A stretch of DNA of 64,000 nucleotides from a virus (Duplodnaviria; Caudoviricetes). Below are positions 1-9,783 of this stretch, one piece after another. The position numbers and the translations under genes are program-made. Numbering within the stretch: position 1 is the stretch's first letter; every line of letters begins with the position of its first letter. The stretch spans positions 1 through 64,000 of the IMG/VR virus record IMGVR_UViG_3300029288_007089; one strand, 5' to 3'. Below the pieces are notes generated by a model that saw nothing but the letters and a program-made list of their open reading frames with translations, searched no databases and was not told where the DNA came from.

Positions 1-1053
1 CTAACCGCGCCCATGTTTTAGCGCCACCGCTTTCTCCAGCAGCGCCAGCGGCGCGCGTCGGAATGTCTCCTGTAAGCGCACGTCCTGGTAAATGCGCGCG
101 TCGGCCCGTAAGACCGCCGAGTCGGTCAGCCGGCGCAGCGCACCCACCGCGCCCTGCGCATCTTTATGTAAACACGCCGGGTGCATGAGCGCCTTGTGGT
201 AAGTCTGATGGCCGCCCACACAGATAGCGCCCGCGCTCGCCGCCTCAGATGCGCCCTGCCCCGGCCCCGCGCCCATGCCCGGCCCGTCTTCGAGTCCGGA
301 GACGAAGTAGTAGCGGCAGCGCGACAGCGCCTCCAGGTAATCCAGCGCGTCGCCCCACCGGAGCGGGCGCGTCAGCCCGTACAGGGCGTTGAACTGCGCA
401 TTGCTGGTACAGACGGGCGCGCCCAGCAACGCCTCCAGGCCGCGCAGCGCCTTTTCCGCGCCTGGCCCCCACGTCCATACGCCGGCGAGCGCCATTGCTG
501 TGCGCCGGTCCACCCATACGCGATCCTCTTTCTGCGCCGGGAACGCGGCGCGCATGAGGTCGAAGTTGCGCAGGTACGGAAACGCTGCCGCCGCCGGGAG
601 CGCGTCGAAATCCGCCGGCGCGCGCAGCATGTGATCAAGAAATAGATCGTAGCCCTCGGCAGGATGGGCAAGCGCGCGCTGATGCGCGCCGTCCCAGTGC
701 TCGGAGACTATGTAGACCTTGACCGCGCGCGTGTCCGGCAGCGGGATAGGGTCTTCGCAGATGATAAGGTCGTAGTCATCAAGCGGGATGGCGTCGGGGT
801 GCGTTACGCCGTCGCGCGCGCTAACAACCATCTCCGGATAGCCGGCCACAAACGCGCTGGCCTGGCTATAATACGCCGTCTCGACCAGTTGCGGTGTGAT
901 GTAGACATCGGCCCGGAGCGTGCAAATCAACTCCCAGCACGTCGGCTTGCCCAGCCACTGCGCCAGCATGTCGCGCGGCGCGCAGTCGCCCCATCGCATC
1001 GAGAAGCGCGGGCCGTTGGGCTGCGCCGCCTGGAGAAGAAATGCTGTATTCAT
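1..1053 (-). CDS. Putative glycosyltransferase-like protein
   Basis: 350-aa ORF; C-terminal LEALSRCRYYFVSG...GQGASEAASAGAICV resembles the GT-B donor-binding segment; lies beside sugar-pathway genes. Confidence 0.45.
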   Translation of the reverse strand: MNTAFLLQAAQPNGPRFSMRWGDCAPRDMLAQWLGKPTCWELICTLRADVYITPQLVETAYYSQASAFVAGYPEMVVSARDGVTHPDAIPLDDYDLIICEDPIPLPDTRAVKVYIVSEHWDGAHQRALAHPAEGYDLFLDHMLRAPADFDALPAAAAFPYLRNFDLMRAAFPAQKEDRVWVDRRTAMALAGVWTWGPGAEKALRGLEALLGAPVCTSNAQFNALYGLTRPLRWGDALDYLEALSRCRYYFVSGLEDGPGMGAGPGQGASEAASAGAICVGGHQTYHKALMHPACLHKDAQGAVGALRRLTDSAVLRADARIYQDVRLQETFRRAPLALLEKAVALKHGRG

Positions 1054-1367
1054 TGCGTGGCTCTATATTTGGCGTCGTCAATCACAACGGCCTCTTCCCC
1101 ATAGTGCTCAGCAACGCGGTGGTAGAGTTCCGTTTGGTATTTAAGCTCCGCCTTCCCCCATAGAACAGACAATATCGGAACGATCTCAAAATAGGATTGT
1201 TTGGCAAGATACTCATCAGCGCGAAATAGCTTGAAGCCGACCCATCTTCCCGTATCATACTTTTTCTGCGCCGATAGCAGGCGGTTGAACAGAATGCGCA
1301 GAATCAAGTTGAGTATGCCAAGTGACGTGAGTGAACGTTTGTAGCGCCATTCATAAAATCGCTTCAT
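1050..1367 (-). CDS. Hypothetical protein (AT-rich insert)
   Basis: 105-aa ORF, 4-nt overlap with the next gene, clearly lower GC than the flanks. Confidence 0.55.
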   Translation of the reverse strand: MKRFYEWRYKRSLTSLGILNLILRILFNRLLSAQKKYDTGRWVGFKLFRADEYLAKQSYFEIVPILSVLWGKAELKYQTELYHRVAEHYGEEAVVIDDAKYRATQ

Positions 1368-1379
1368 GATTGCCTCGCA

Positions 1380-1619
1380 TTATTCTGGACGACACACAAT
1401 AAGGCATCCATCACCGATCCCAATTGGTATCACCGCAAGCGGGCCAATCCAAAGAACGCCCTCATTCTGTGACCAATAGATAAATGGCGTATCCAGGAGC
1501 AATTCCCGGGTGATACCCGCATAGGTTCCACCTTTCCACTCAACCTTGATAGCGATTTCGGTATCGGTTGTGTTCTTAGAGCACTCAATTTTTGCATCAA
1601 TGACAATCTCTCTCTGCAT
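1380..1619 (-). CDS. Hypothetical protein (AT-rich insert)
   Basis: 79-aa ORF co-oriented in the operon, low GC. Confidence 0.5.
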   Translation of the reverse strand: MQREIVIDAKIECSKNTTDTEIAIKVEWKGGTYAGITRELLLDTPFIYWSQNEGVLWIGPLAVIPIGIGDGCLIVCRPE

Positions 1620-1626
1620 TGTCTGA

Positions 1627-2230
1627 CTATCTCCTCACAAACACCAAATTCTCTTCCTGCCCGTGACTCTGCGCGTGCGTCTCGACAAGCGCGAAGTTGA
1701 ACGCTGCCATGTGCGCCAACACCTCGTCTTTCGTGCCCGCGCCGGCGTAAAGCGCAAACGGCGTCGTCTGTACCCCGACCATCACGCGGTCAAGGTCGCA
1801 CAGCCGCGCGCCGGCGCTGCGCAGCACCGCGAGGTCGCCGCCCTGCGCGTCTACCTTCATGTAGTCCACGTGCGTAATGCCCGCCTGCGCCCAGGCGCAT
1901 CGTAAGCACGGTCGCCGCCCTGCGCGTTGGCAGCCCGCTTGGGTCAACCCACCGCGCCATGCCCTCTTCCGTTACCGGCAGCAGCGAGCTTGTATCGTCT
2001 GCCGTGTTGACATAAAATAGCGCCGTTCCGTCGGTCTCGCAAACCGCCGCCGGGATGACGATGTAGTTGTGCAGGCGCGCGAAGAGTGGCGCAATCGCGG
2101 ACAGGTTCGGCTCGAAGGCGTACACCGTCAGGTCGGGGTTTTGCTGCGCGGCGTACAGCGACGCCTCGCCCCGGTGCGCGCCCACATCGAACCAGACCAG
2201 CGCGCCCTCAGCCGCGTCCGAATGCGACAT
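1627..2230 (-). pseudogene. FkbM-family methyltransferase, frameshifted near 1891-1897
   Basis: N-half (FDVGAHRG...YAFEPN) and C-half (VDYMKVDAQGGD) lie in different frames. Confidence 0.8.
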
Positions 2231-3476
2231 GCGCCACCCCCGCCGGCAGGCGCTTACGGTCCACGATGCGCCAGAGGTCGATGACGGTTTGCCCCGCGCG
2301 GTACTGTACGCTGGCGAATTCGGCGTAGGGCAGCGCGACGATGACGGTATCCGCCTCGTCTACCACCGCCTGCGCGCTGTCGCGGTACTCGACGCCGGCC
2401 AGGTCGGGGCGCGCCTTCGGATCGTAGGCAAGCACGGGCGCGTCTTCCTCGCCTAGCAGCCACGCCACCTCAAGCGCCTGGCTCTCCTCGGTAACGGGCG
2501 TGCCTGCTTTGTACGCCAGGCCCAGGATGCCCACGCGCCCGCCGGCGCGGTCTACCGCCGCCATCACGCGGTCGATCTGCGCCTCGTTGTTGTCCGCCAC
2601 CGCGCGCGGGAGCGCGCCATCGACGCCCAGCGCGCGCGCCAGGTAGCCCATCGCGCGGATGTCGCGCGGGAAGCACGGGCCGCCGGCGCGCCCACCGGCG
2701 CGCAGGAATTTCGGCCCGATGCGGCCGTCCGCGCCGATTGCGCCCGTTACCCGGTCCACGTCCGCGCCGGGCAGTCGCTCGCACATCTCGGCAAGCCAGT
2801 TGGCGTAGGCGATGCGCTGCGTGAGCGCGAAGTTGAGCGCGATTTTGGCAAGCTCGGCGTCCACGATGCTCATACGGTGTACGGCGGGGTTGTTCTCGCA
2901 CACGCTGCGCACCAGTTCCTCCAGCGCGTCGCCGGCGCGCCCGTCGTGTTCGCCAATGACCACCATGTCGGGGTCGAGGAAGTCCCGGATCACCGTGCCC
3001 AGCGCGACGAACTCCGGCAGGTAGCAGAAGCCAAAGCCGTTGCCGGCGCTCTTGCCGCTCGCCGCCTCCAGCGCCGGGAGCACCGCGCGCCGGATGTCGC
3101 CGGGCAGCACAGTAGACATCTGCACGACGAGATGATAGCCGCGCTTTTCCGCCAGCGCCGCCCCGACCTGCTGCATGGCGCGCAGCACGTGGTCGAGGCG
3201 AAAGAACCCCGCCGGGTCGCTGGGCGTGGGCACGATCACGAACGTCGCGTCGGTATGCGTTACCGCGTAGTGCGCGTCGGTCGTCGCCGCCAGTCGCTCC
3301 CCCGCGTCGGCAAGAAGTACGCCCAGGCCCGGCTCGTCGTGCGGCGCTGCGCCCCGATTCACCGCGTCCACGACGCTCGCTTTGAGGTCCACGCCGACGA
3401 CCTCCAGGCCCTGCGCCGCCAGCGCCGCCGCAAAACAACAGCCGAGCTTGCCCAGACCGAGCACGGAGACTTTCAC
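2208..3476 (-). CDS. UDP-glucose/GDP-mannose dehydrogenase family protein
   Basis: GLGKLG Rossmann motif, IVPTP, PEF, AELAKIALN, GGPCFPRD catalytic Cys motif, ILGLAYK. Confidence 0.92.
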   Translation of the reverse strand: MKVSVLGLGKLGCCFAAALAAQGLEVVGVDLKASVVDAVNRGAAPHDEPGLGVLLADAGERLAATTDAHYAVTHTDATFVIVPTPSDPAGFFRLDHVLRAMQQVGAALAEKRGYHLVVQMSTVLPGDIRRAVLPALEAASGKSAGNGFGFCYLPEFVALGTVIRDFLDPDMVVIGEHDGRAGDALEELVRSVCENNPAVHRMSIVDAELAKIALNFALTQRIAYANWLAEMCERLPGADVDRVTGAIGADGRIGPKFLRAGGRAGGPCFPRDIRAMGYLARALGVDGALPRAVADNNEAQIDRVMAAVDRAGGRVGILGLAYKAGTPVTEESQALEVAWLLGEEDAPVLAYDPKARPDLAGVEYRDSAQAVVDEADTVIVALPYAEFASVQYRAGQTVIDLWRIVDRKRLPAGVAHVAFGRG

Positions 3477-3892
3477 GTCGGTTCCTCCAGTCGCGTCATC
3501 TGCACCGCGTAGTTTTGCTGCACGGTGAAATTCGTCTCACTATCCGCCAGCGGCGTGAGCACCATCGTCGCGTTGAGGCGCGCATAGGCGTCGGGGTCGT
3601 CGGTGCGCGTGTAAATCGTCACCGTGCCGCTGTAGTTGCCGCCGCAGTAGGTATCGTTGAGGTATTCAAACTGGCGGCGCGTCATTTTGCCGAAGAACCA
3701 CGTCAGCGACGGGTAGCCGGTGAAGAAGATGGAGCCGTCGCCCTGCGCGCGCGGCTCACCCTTGCGGTACGTGCCCCAGGCGCGCGGCGGGTAGAAATAC
3801 ACGTCGTCAGTGGGCTTGATCGCCTCGATGTTCGTGAGGCTACCCAGTGCAACGTTGTGGCCCTGCGCAATGCGGTAGTCGTAAATGGGCAT
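3473..3892 (-). CDS. Putative tail protein (distal-tail position)
   Basis: 139-aa ORF immediately downstream of the tape measure gene; function inferred from synteny only. Confidence 0.5.
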   Translation of the reverse strand: MPIYDYRIAQGHNVALGSLTNIEAIKPTDDVYFYPPRAWGTYRKGEPRAQGDGSIFFTGYPSLTWFFGKMTRRQFEYLNDTYCGGNYSGTVTIYTRTDDPDAYARLNATMVLTPLADSETNFTVQQNYAVQMTRLEEPT

Positions 3893-3900
3893 ATCGCCGC

Positions 3901-6336
3901 CTAGTTAAAGTAATGGTCCATCGTGCGCACCACGATGCGCTGCACGGCGTCGGCGGTCAGCTGCGGGCTTTGCGCGCCGTCGATGTTGAACGTCAGCGCA
4001 ACGTTGCCGCGCCGCCCCGCGTTCACCATGCCGGCCTGCGCGGGAAAGAACAGCCCCATGCCCGGCGGGAACTGCGCGGTGCGCCCGCCGGCGGTGAACG
4101 TCTCGCGCTGCCCCGCACCCTCGTTCACCAGCGCCCACTCCCCCGCCGCCAGCGGCCCGCCGGCCTGCCGGCGCGAGCCGCCGTAGGTCGAAAACGTCCC
4201 CGGCGTGGCCTGCGCGGGCATACTGATGCGCAGCGCGGCGCGCGCAAACGCGGCGGCGGTGCCCTCCCACAGCCCCGAAAGCGCGGCCAGCGCGCGGGCG
4301 CTCTGCGTGGCGATGATCTCCGCTTTGGCGGCTTCGGTTTGGTTGATGAGGTTGATTTCGTCGATCAGCCCCTTGCGGCGCGCGTCGAGCGCCTGCCGGC
4401 GCGCCGTCGCTTCCTCGGCAAGCGCGCGCGCGCGGTCCGCCGCCGCCTGCGCCAGCGCCTCGCGCCGCTGCTGCTCGATCTGCGCGCGCTCTTTGTAGTA
4501 CGCCGCCTGCGCGTCGGCAAGCGCCTGCTGGTACTGGCGCAGCCGCTCCCGGCGCTGCTCCTCGGCGTGGCGTGCGGCGTCCTCGCGTTCGAGCTTGTAT
4601 TCCTCCTGCCGCTCCTTGCGCTCGCGCACGAAGTTGCGGTTCGCCTCTTCAAGTTGCCGCGTGGTGTCGCGGCGCGAGCGGTAGAGGCCGGCGAAGTCGC
4701 GCGCGGCGATCAGGTCCGCCTCGCGGTCCTGCGCGGCGCGGCGGATGTCCTCCAGGTTCTGCACGTGATCGCGGTAGGCGCGCGCCTCCTCGCGCTGGAA
4801 GGCGATCTGCCGCTCCAGGTCCTCGCGCTGCAACTGCCGCGCCGCTTCCGCCTCGCCGCGCGCAAAGTCCTCAGCAAGCTCGGCGCGACGCTCCTGGAGT
4901 TTCGCCAGCGCGTCGGCGGCGGCGTCGGCGGCGTCCTGGGCAATCTCCACCAGGCGGTCGTTGTACGCCTTCTGAATCGCGGCGCGCTGCGCCAGCGACG
5001 CCTCTTCGATGCGCGCCACGTCCGTGTCGTACTTGGTCATTGCGCCGGCCAGTTGCTCGGTGCGGCGCAGGTTCGCCTCCAGCGTCTTTTGGAGCGCGTC
5101 GGCGGCGCGCGCCTCTTTTTCGCGCGCCTCGGCGAGCGGCAGGATGACCTCCTGGAGAAAGATGACCTCCGCCTTCTCTTTCTCGTACAGGTCGATCAGG
5201 CGGTTCATTTCGTCGCCGATTTCTTTATTCCACACGCCGGAGTCTTTGAGCGCCTGGACCTGCTCTTCGAGGACGCGGATGTATTCCTGACTTTCGGTGA
5301 TGGCGTCGCGCGTGCCCTCAACCGTCGCGGTGCGCATGAGGCGCGCGCGCTCCATCTCCGTGCGCGCTGCTGCCTCTACGCCGGCGATGACTTCCTGCGT
5401 GCGCTGTCGCTCTGCCGCCGCTGCGTCATTGGCCGCCAGCGCGCTTTCGTCAAGCACGCGCGTGTAGGCGTCTACTGCCGCCTGCGCCTGGAGCACGGCC
5501 TGATCCGCCGCATCCATCGCCGCGCCGTAGTCCTCAACGCCGGTAGCGCTGACGCCAAAAAGCGTGCGGATACGCGCGCCGAGGTCGCCGAGCGCGATAC
5601 CCGATTCGCGCTCCCACGCTGCCGCCTCCTGCTGGCGCAGCGCGTCGCGGTAGGCCAGCGCCGCCTCCAGATCGTCGTTTGCCTTCTCCAGTGCCTCGGC
5701 GGCCTGCTGTGAGGTCATGTCGCGCAGCGCCGCGTAGTAGAGCTTGAGCGAGTCGATGGCGACCTGCGTCGCCTGCCGGCTCTCTTTGTAGGCTTCGTTG
5801 GCGAGCACGACCGCGCCGGATACCGCCGCCGCGCCGATGGCAAGCGGGCCGAGCACCGAACTGAGCACGCCCGCCGCGCCGCCGACCTGCGCCATCTCCG
5901 CGCGCATCATGCCCATCGCGTCTACCGCGCCGATGATGTCCGCGCCGAACATCAGGCCCGCGCCCAGGCCGCCGCCCGCGCCGCCGAGCAGCTGTGAGAC
6001 GCCCATCAGCGCCATCTCAGAGCGGCCGATGTCGAAGCCACGCTTAGATGGGGCGCTGGCCGCCGCGCTGGACTGCGAGAGCCGCTTTGCCGCCTTCGCG
6101 GAGTCGTCAAGGCGCTGGCGCAGGCGGTCTACCTTCTTGGCGGTGGCGTCGGAATAGTCGCCGAGGCGGTCAACGTCTTTGCCGGCGGCCTTCGCGTTCG
6201 CGCCGAAGTCGGCGCGCAGCGCCTTCGCCACGCCAGCAGCGGCGCTTTCTAGTTTGGTAAGCGCCTGCTCGCTTTTAGCGAACGACTGGCGCTCCGGCTC
6301 AATTGCCAGCAACGCGCGTACAGTTTCGTCAGCCAT
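3901..6336 (-). CDS. Tail tape measure protein
   Basis: 811 aa, Ala/Gly-rich then long coiled coil, C-terminal AGGPLAAGEWALVNEGAGQRETF motif; follows the tail chaperones. Confidence 0.85.
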   Translation of the reverse strand: MADETVRALLAIEPERQSFAKSEQALTKLESAAAGVAKALRADFGANAKAAGKDVDRLGDYSDATAKKVDRLRQRLDDSAKAAKRLSQSSAAASAPSKRGFDIGRSEMALMGVSQLLGGAGGGLGAGLMFGADIIGAVDAMGMMRAEMAQVGGAAGVLSSVLGPLAIGAAAVSGAVVLANEAYKESRQATQVAIDSLKLYYAALRDMTSQQAAEALEKANDDLEAALAYRDALRQQEAAAWERESGIALGDLGARIRTLFGVSATGVEDYGAAMDAADQAVLQAQAAVDAYTRVLDESALAANDAAAAERQRTQEVIAGVEAAARTEMERARLMRTATVEGTRDAITESQEYIRVLEEQVQALKDSGVWNKEIGDEMNRLIDLYEKEKAEVIFLQEVILPLAEAREKEARAADALQKTLEANLRRTEQLAGAMTKYDTDVARIEEASLAQRAAIQKAYNDRLVEIAQDAADAAADALAKLQERRAELAEDFARGEAEAARQLQREDLERQIAFQREEARAYRDHVQNLEDIRRAAQDREADLIAARDFAGLYRSRRDTTRQLEEANRNFVRERKERQEEYKLEREDAARHAEEQRRERLRQYQQALADAQAAYYKERAQIEQQRREALAQAAADRARALAEEATARRQALDARRKGLIDEINLINQTEAAKAEIIATQSARALAALSGLWEGTAAAFARAALRISMPAQATPGTFSTYGGSRRQAGGPLAAGEWALVNEGAGQRETFTAGGRTAQFPPGMGLFFPAQAGMVNAGRRGNVALTFNIDGAQSPQLTADAVQRIVVRTMDHYFN

Positions 6337-6634
6337 TGCCCTCTTCGCGCTTCTTTTTCTGCCGCTGCTCTTCCGCCCACCGGCAGAAGGCGAGGCCGTT
6401 GCTGTATACCATCAGGTCATGTATCCAGGCTTCGCTCTGGTCCATCAGCCCGCCCGCCTCCGGCAGCATGTTTTTCGTCTCGAACATCTGCCCGGCCAGA
6501 ATCACGTCGTCAACGTCGTGGTAAAGGTCGAAGTCGGGCAACCCCTCAACTGGGTCGTATTCGCCCGCCGCGACCTCCTCCCAGTGCGCGATCAGGTGGG
6601 CGCGGACGCGCTCGCGCCGGCCTCGGCTAAAGGG
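6329..6634 (-). CDS. Tail assembly chaperone -1 frameshift extension (T-like)
   Basis: Open -1 frame (PFSRGRRERVRAHLIAHWEE...) entered at CCCTTTA (plus-strand taaaggg, 6628-6634); no own start codon with RBS seen. Confidence 0.75.
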   Translation of the reverse strand, partial: PFSRGRRERVRAHLIAHWEEVAAGEYDPVEGLPDFDLYHDVDDVILAGQMFETKNMLPEAGGLMDQSEAWIHDLMVYSNGLAFCRWAEEQRQKKKREEGNG

Positions 6635-7008
6635 TCGGCGTCCTCCAGGGAGCCGCCAGGCCCCGCCGCCGGGAGCGCGGGGCCTTCGACCGCGCTTGCC
6701 GCCTCGGTCCAGGCGTCGATCAGGCGTTCGGGGAGGTCTAGCCACGCCTCGAACGCCGCCTCCAGCGCCGCCGCGTCGTCTGCGGGGGAGGGCAGCGCGA
6801 ACGGCAGGCCTTCGGCGGCGCTGACGCGCGACACCTGGCCGATGAAGACGCGCTTGTTGTAAAAGCGGTCGGCTTCGAGCGCGTCTTCGGGCGGCTCGCC
6901 ATCCACGCCGAGCTTGACCTGCATCGCAAAGCGGTTTGCCCGGTCCCGGCGTGTGGACTCGCGCACCGTAATAGTTACGCCGTCGCAGCTAAACGTCTTT
7001 TCGATCAT
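6592..7008 (-). CDS. Tail assembly chaperone (G-like)
   Basis: 138-aa ORF between the major tail and tape measure genes; contains slippery heptamer C CCT TTA near its end. Confidence 0.75.
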   Translation of the reverse strand: MIEKTFSCDGVTITVRESTRRDRANRFAMQVKLGVDGEPPEDALEADRFYNKRVFIGQVSRVSAAEGLPFALPSPADDAAALEAAFEAWLDLPERLIDAWTEAASAVEGPALPAAGPGGSLEDADPLAEAGASASAPT

Positions 7009-7853
7009 GTGTTGCCCGGCACGTTAGTCTGGATCAGCGCCATGACGATATTGCCGTTGTCCGGCGCGTCGGAGAGCGTAAACGCCGGGTTCGCGGTTGA
7101 GGTATTGACGCTGGACGGCGTGACTTCCGTGCCGTTGTCGTACACGGTCAGGTAATCCGAACTGTACGGCGGGTGCGAGAGCGCGAAAGAAGTGATCGTG
7201 CCGTCGCCCTTGTAGGCGTTCCAGCGCGGCTGGTAGTCGCACGTGAACTCGAAGTACGTGCTTTCCGTCGCGCCGTCGGTTGCGCTCGCCATGCTCTCGC
7301 CAAACGGCGTCTTGCTCACGCTGGTCGGCGTCGCGCTGTACGTCTTGTCCGTCGCTGCCTGCTCGAAGCCCTGCGCTGACGGGTAGACGCGCACCGACGG
7401 GTACACGACCATGTGCCACTGGCGCTTCGTGCCGAGCGTGCTGCTGCCCTTCTCGGTATCCAGCGCCTGCCGGTATGTGGCGAAGAACAGTTGCGGTTCG
7501 GAGCCGCGCTGGTCCGTCGCCGCCGCTTTCATTTTCGCCGTGCCAACGGAGCGCACGATGACGCCCTCCAGCATCGCGTCGAGCGCCAGATTGCTCTTGG
7601 CGGTCGTGATGGTGAAGGTGTCAAGGTCCGAGGGCGGCAACTGGTCCTGCGCGAACACGCGGTCGTCGCCGTAGTGCGGTATCTGCTGCGGGGCTGCCGC
7701 CGAGGGCGAGAACGTCTTGATGCCCTCAATGAGCGTACCCTGCACGGGCGTGGCGCTTGCCGTATCCACGTTCGGTAAGCCGGTATCGGTGTCGATGTTG
7801 AATACGATGGCATAGCGTACACCGACGCCACTGACGGTATCCACTGCTGTCAT
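7005..7853 (-). CDS. Probable major tail (tube) protein
   Basis: 282 aa, Thr/Ser/beta-rich, strong AGGAGG RBS, upstream of the chaperone/TMP genes. Confidence 0.65.
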   Translation of the reverse strand: MTAVDTVSGVGVRYAIVFNIDTDTGLPNVDTASATPVQGTLIEGIKTFSPSAAAPQQIPHYGDDRVFAQDQLPPSDLDTFTITTAKSNLALDAMLEGVIVRSVGTAKMKAAATDQRGSEPQLFFATYRQALDTEKGSSTLGTKRQWHMVVYPSVRVYPSAQGFEQAATDKTYSATPTSVSKTPFGESMASATDGATESTYFEFTCDYQPRWNAYKGDGTITSFALSHPPYSSDYLTVYDNGTEVTPSSVNTSTANPAFTLSDAPDNGNIVMALIQTNVPGNT

Positions 7854-7861
7854 TGCGACCT

Positions 7862-7959
7862 CCTAAAAACGAAATGCGCCCGATCAGGACGCACCTGGCG
7901 TTCATGAAATCGGGCGCTCCGGAGGGCGCACAGCCTGGAACTACAGCGCTAGTATAGCA
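7862..7959 (-). promoter_or_regulatory. Extended -10 promoter (TGcTATACT) plus structured leader with terminator-like hairpin before the major tail gene
   Basis: agtata 7951-7956; 9-bp stem 7876-7884/7909-7917 with 24-nt loop, then U-rich run and RBS. Confidence 0.55.
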
Positions 7960-7967
7960 CGCTTTAC

Positions 7968-8447
7968 CTATGCCGTATAGACGTAAGCAATCTCAGCCAT
8001 TTCCTCGACCTGTAAGCGCCACTCAATCGCGGCGTACAGCGGTATTCGCTCGCCCGCCTGTAGCGGATAGGGCCGCACCTGGAAGCCGTCGTCGCCAAGC
8101 AACCGCGCGTGGCGCACGATCGCGTCGTCGGTGGCAAGCTCCAGGCCGGGGCGCGCCATGAAGTGATCGCGTACCCGGTCAAAGAAGGGATCGACCGCAA
8201 GCTGCGCCGCGCTCTCCGTGCCCAGCGCGGCGCTGGCGACAAACAGGATCAGGCGATAGATGCGCGTCTCGACGACAATATCATTGCCGTCAACGTTGAT
8301 ATTGTAGGTCGCCGCGCCGGGGAAGATCACGAACGCCGGCAGCTCCACGTCCAGCAGCGCGCGGGGAATGTTATCAAAGGCAGTCGTCACGCCCTCGATG
8401 TCGCCGCACAGCGCCACGATGCGCGCCCGCGTCGTCTCAACCGTCAT
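7968..8447 (-). CDS. Putative tail terminator/completion protein
   Basis: 159 aa between the adaptor and major tail genes; LPAFVIFPG...YRLILFV pattern. Confidence 0.55.
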   Translation of the reverse strand: MTVETTRARIVALCGDIEGVTTAFDNIPRALLDVELPAFVIFPGAATYNINVDGNDIVVETRIYRLILFVASAALGTESAAQLAVDPFFDRVRDHFMARPGLELATDDAIVRHARLLGDDGFQVRPYPLQAGERIPLYAAIEWRLQVEEMAEIAYVYTA

Positions 8448-8665
8448 GGTTTAGGCCCCATTGGAATTGGCTGTAGTGTTCCATCCTCGAATGCGTAAAA
8501 TAGATTCCCATCAGCATCTATTTTGATAATGTGATCGTGATTCGGGGACTTCTTTGCAATTACGGCCTGACATTCATCAAATGTCTCAAAGATACCAAAC
8601 AGGTCGTCCATGCCGCCCATTGGATAATAGGTATCAAAGCCGAATGCGAGATACTTTTCAGTCAT
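8444..8665 (-). CDS. Small hypothetical protein (AT-rich insert)
   Basis: MTEKYLAFGFDTYYPMGGMDD..., 73 aa, overlaps both neighbours by 1-4 nt. Confidence 0.6.
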   Translation of the reverse strand: MTEKYLAFGFDTYYPMGGMDDLFGIFETFDECQAVIAKKSPNHDHIIKIDADGNLFYAFEDGTLQPIPMGPKP

Positions 8666-9273
8666 CACTCGCCCCCATAAGCGGCTATGCGCACGTAGCC
8701 GCCTTTTTCGAGAATGCGCATCACCATCGGCGGCGCTTCGGCGGGAATGGACATCGAGCCGTCGGCGAATTGCACCGTCTCGCCCGTATTGTCCCGGTTC
8801 TGGTACAGCCACACTGCCAGCCGTGTCGCCGCCTCTTCGATGTCGCCGGGCCGGGTCGCGTCGGTGCAGTAGCCCCGCGCTGCGACGACCGTGATCGCGC
8901 CGCGCCAGTCGGTGGTGTACTGCCAGATTTTGTTGCTGGCGATGGTCAGTTCAATGGCGTACTTCGGCGTGCTGTTCACCGGCAGGAGGTGATATTCGTC
9001 AGACGTGACTTCCGCGCCGTCGCCGTTGGTGACGCTGGACACGCTCACCACGTCCTCGTCGAAATAGAGCTTGCGCCCGCTGAGCGTGGGCGGGCGGCAG
9101 TCCAGGTAGAGCGTGCCCGTCGCATCATAGAACCGGCGCTTGCACGCGCCGTCGATCATGCGCGAGGCGGCGCTGACGAGCGTGCCGAGATAGGCGTCAT
9201 CGGCGGTATCGCTATCCGCCATGCCCAACTGCTGGCGCACGCGCGCAAGCGTGGTGTAATCCCCTGTCGCCAT
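8665..9273 (-). CDS. Head-tail adaptor (gp6/gp15-like)
   Basis: YTTLARVRQQLG...DDAYLGTLVSAASRMIDGACKRRF and PGDIEEAATRLAVWLYQNR motifs. Confidence 0.8.
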   Translation of the reverse strand: MATGDYTTLARVRQQLGMADSDTADDAYLGTLVSAASRMIDGACKRRFYDATGTLYLDCRPPTLSGRKLYFDEDVVSVSSVTNGDGAEVTSDEYHLLPVNSTPKYAIELTIASNKIWQYTTDWRGAITVVAARGYCTDATRPGDIEEAATRLAVWLYQNRDNTGETVQFADGSMSIPAEAPPMVMRILEKGGYVRIAAYGGE

Positions 9274-9282
9274 ATCTGCTCC

Positions 9283-9398
9283 AAACAAAAAGCGCCCGCG
9301 TGAGGCGCAGTGACGCTCTCTAGCGCGGGCGCTCAGGGGCGCACGTTATGTCTCGTAAAAAGTATACACCGTTTACGGTGACGTGTCTATTATGACAA
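9283..9398 (-). promoter_or_regulatory. Promoter TAGACA-17-TATACT with palindromic spacer, plus leader hairpin
   Basis: -10 at 9361-9366, -35 at 9384-9389, palindrome caccgt-tt-acggtg 9367-9380, 10-bp stem 9291-9300/9324-9333. Confidence 0.6.
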
Positions 9399-9431
9399 AC
9401 TGCTCAAATGCTCCTTTGTCAACGCCCGGTT

Positions 9432-9782
9432 TCATTCTGTTTTGCATTGGGAATTCTTTTTATCGAACTCGGCGCGCCGCCTTTGTTCTTTTTGCATTGC
9501 CCTATCTACAAGGCGTACTAGCCCGATGTCGTTTTCACATTCTACAATCAAGTCCTCTTTCTCCATAAGCTCCAAAAGACGCTTAAGCGTGTCACGAATG
9601 TCATATTTCGAATAGGGAAGTTCGACTCGTATTGTCTCCTCTGGTGCCTCCTCATCGCTTCGCTTCTCAATAACGAGCAGATATTTGATCCGATCCGAAT
9701 ACATGCTCTTTTTCTTTTGCGCGCGAATATAGACACGCCAGCCCGCCCAATTGTATAAATAAACCATCTCATCTTTGTTCAT
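9432..9782 (-). CDS. Hypothetical protein (AT-rich insert)
   Basis: 116-aa ORF with RBS GGAGAA, low GC. Confidence 0.6.
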   Translation of the reverse strand: MNKDEMVYLYNWAGWRVYIRAQKKKSMYSDRIKYLLVIEKRSDEEAPEETIRVELPYSKYDIRDTLKRLLELMEKEDLIVECENDIGLVRLVDRAMQKEQRRRAEFDKKNSQCKTE

Positions 9783-9783
9783 G

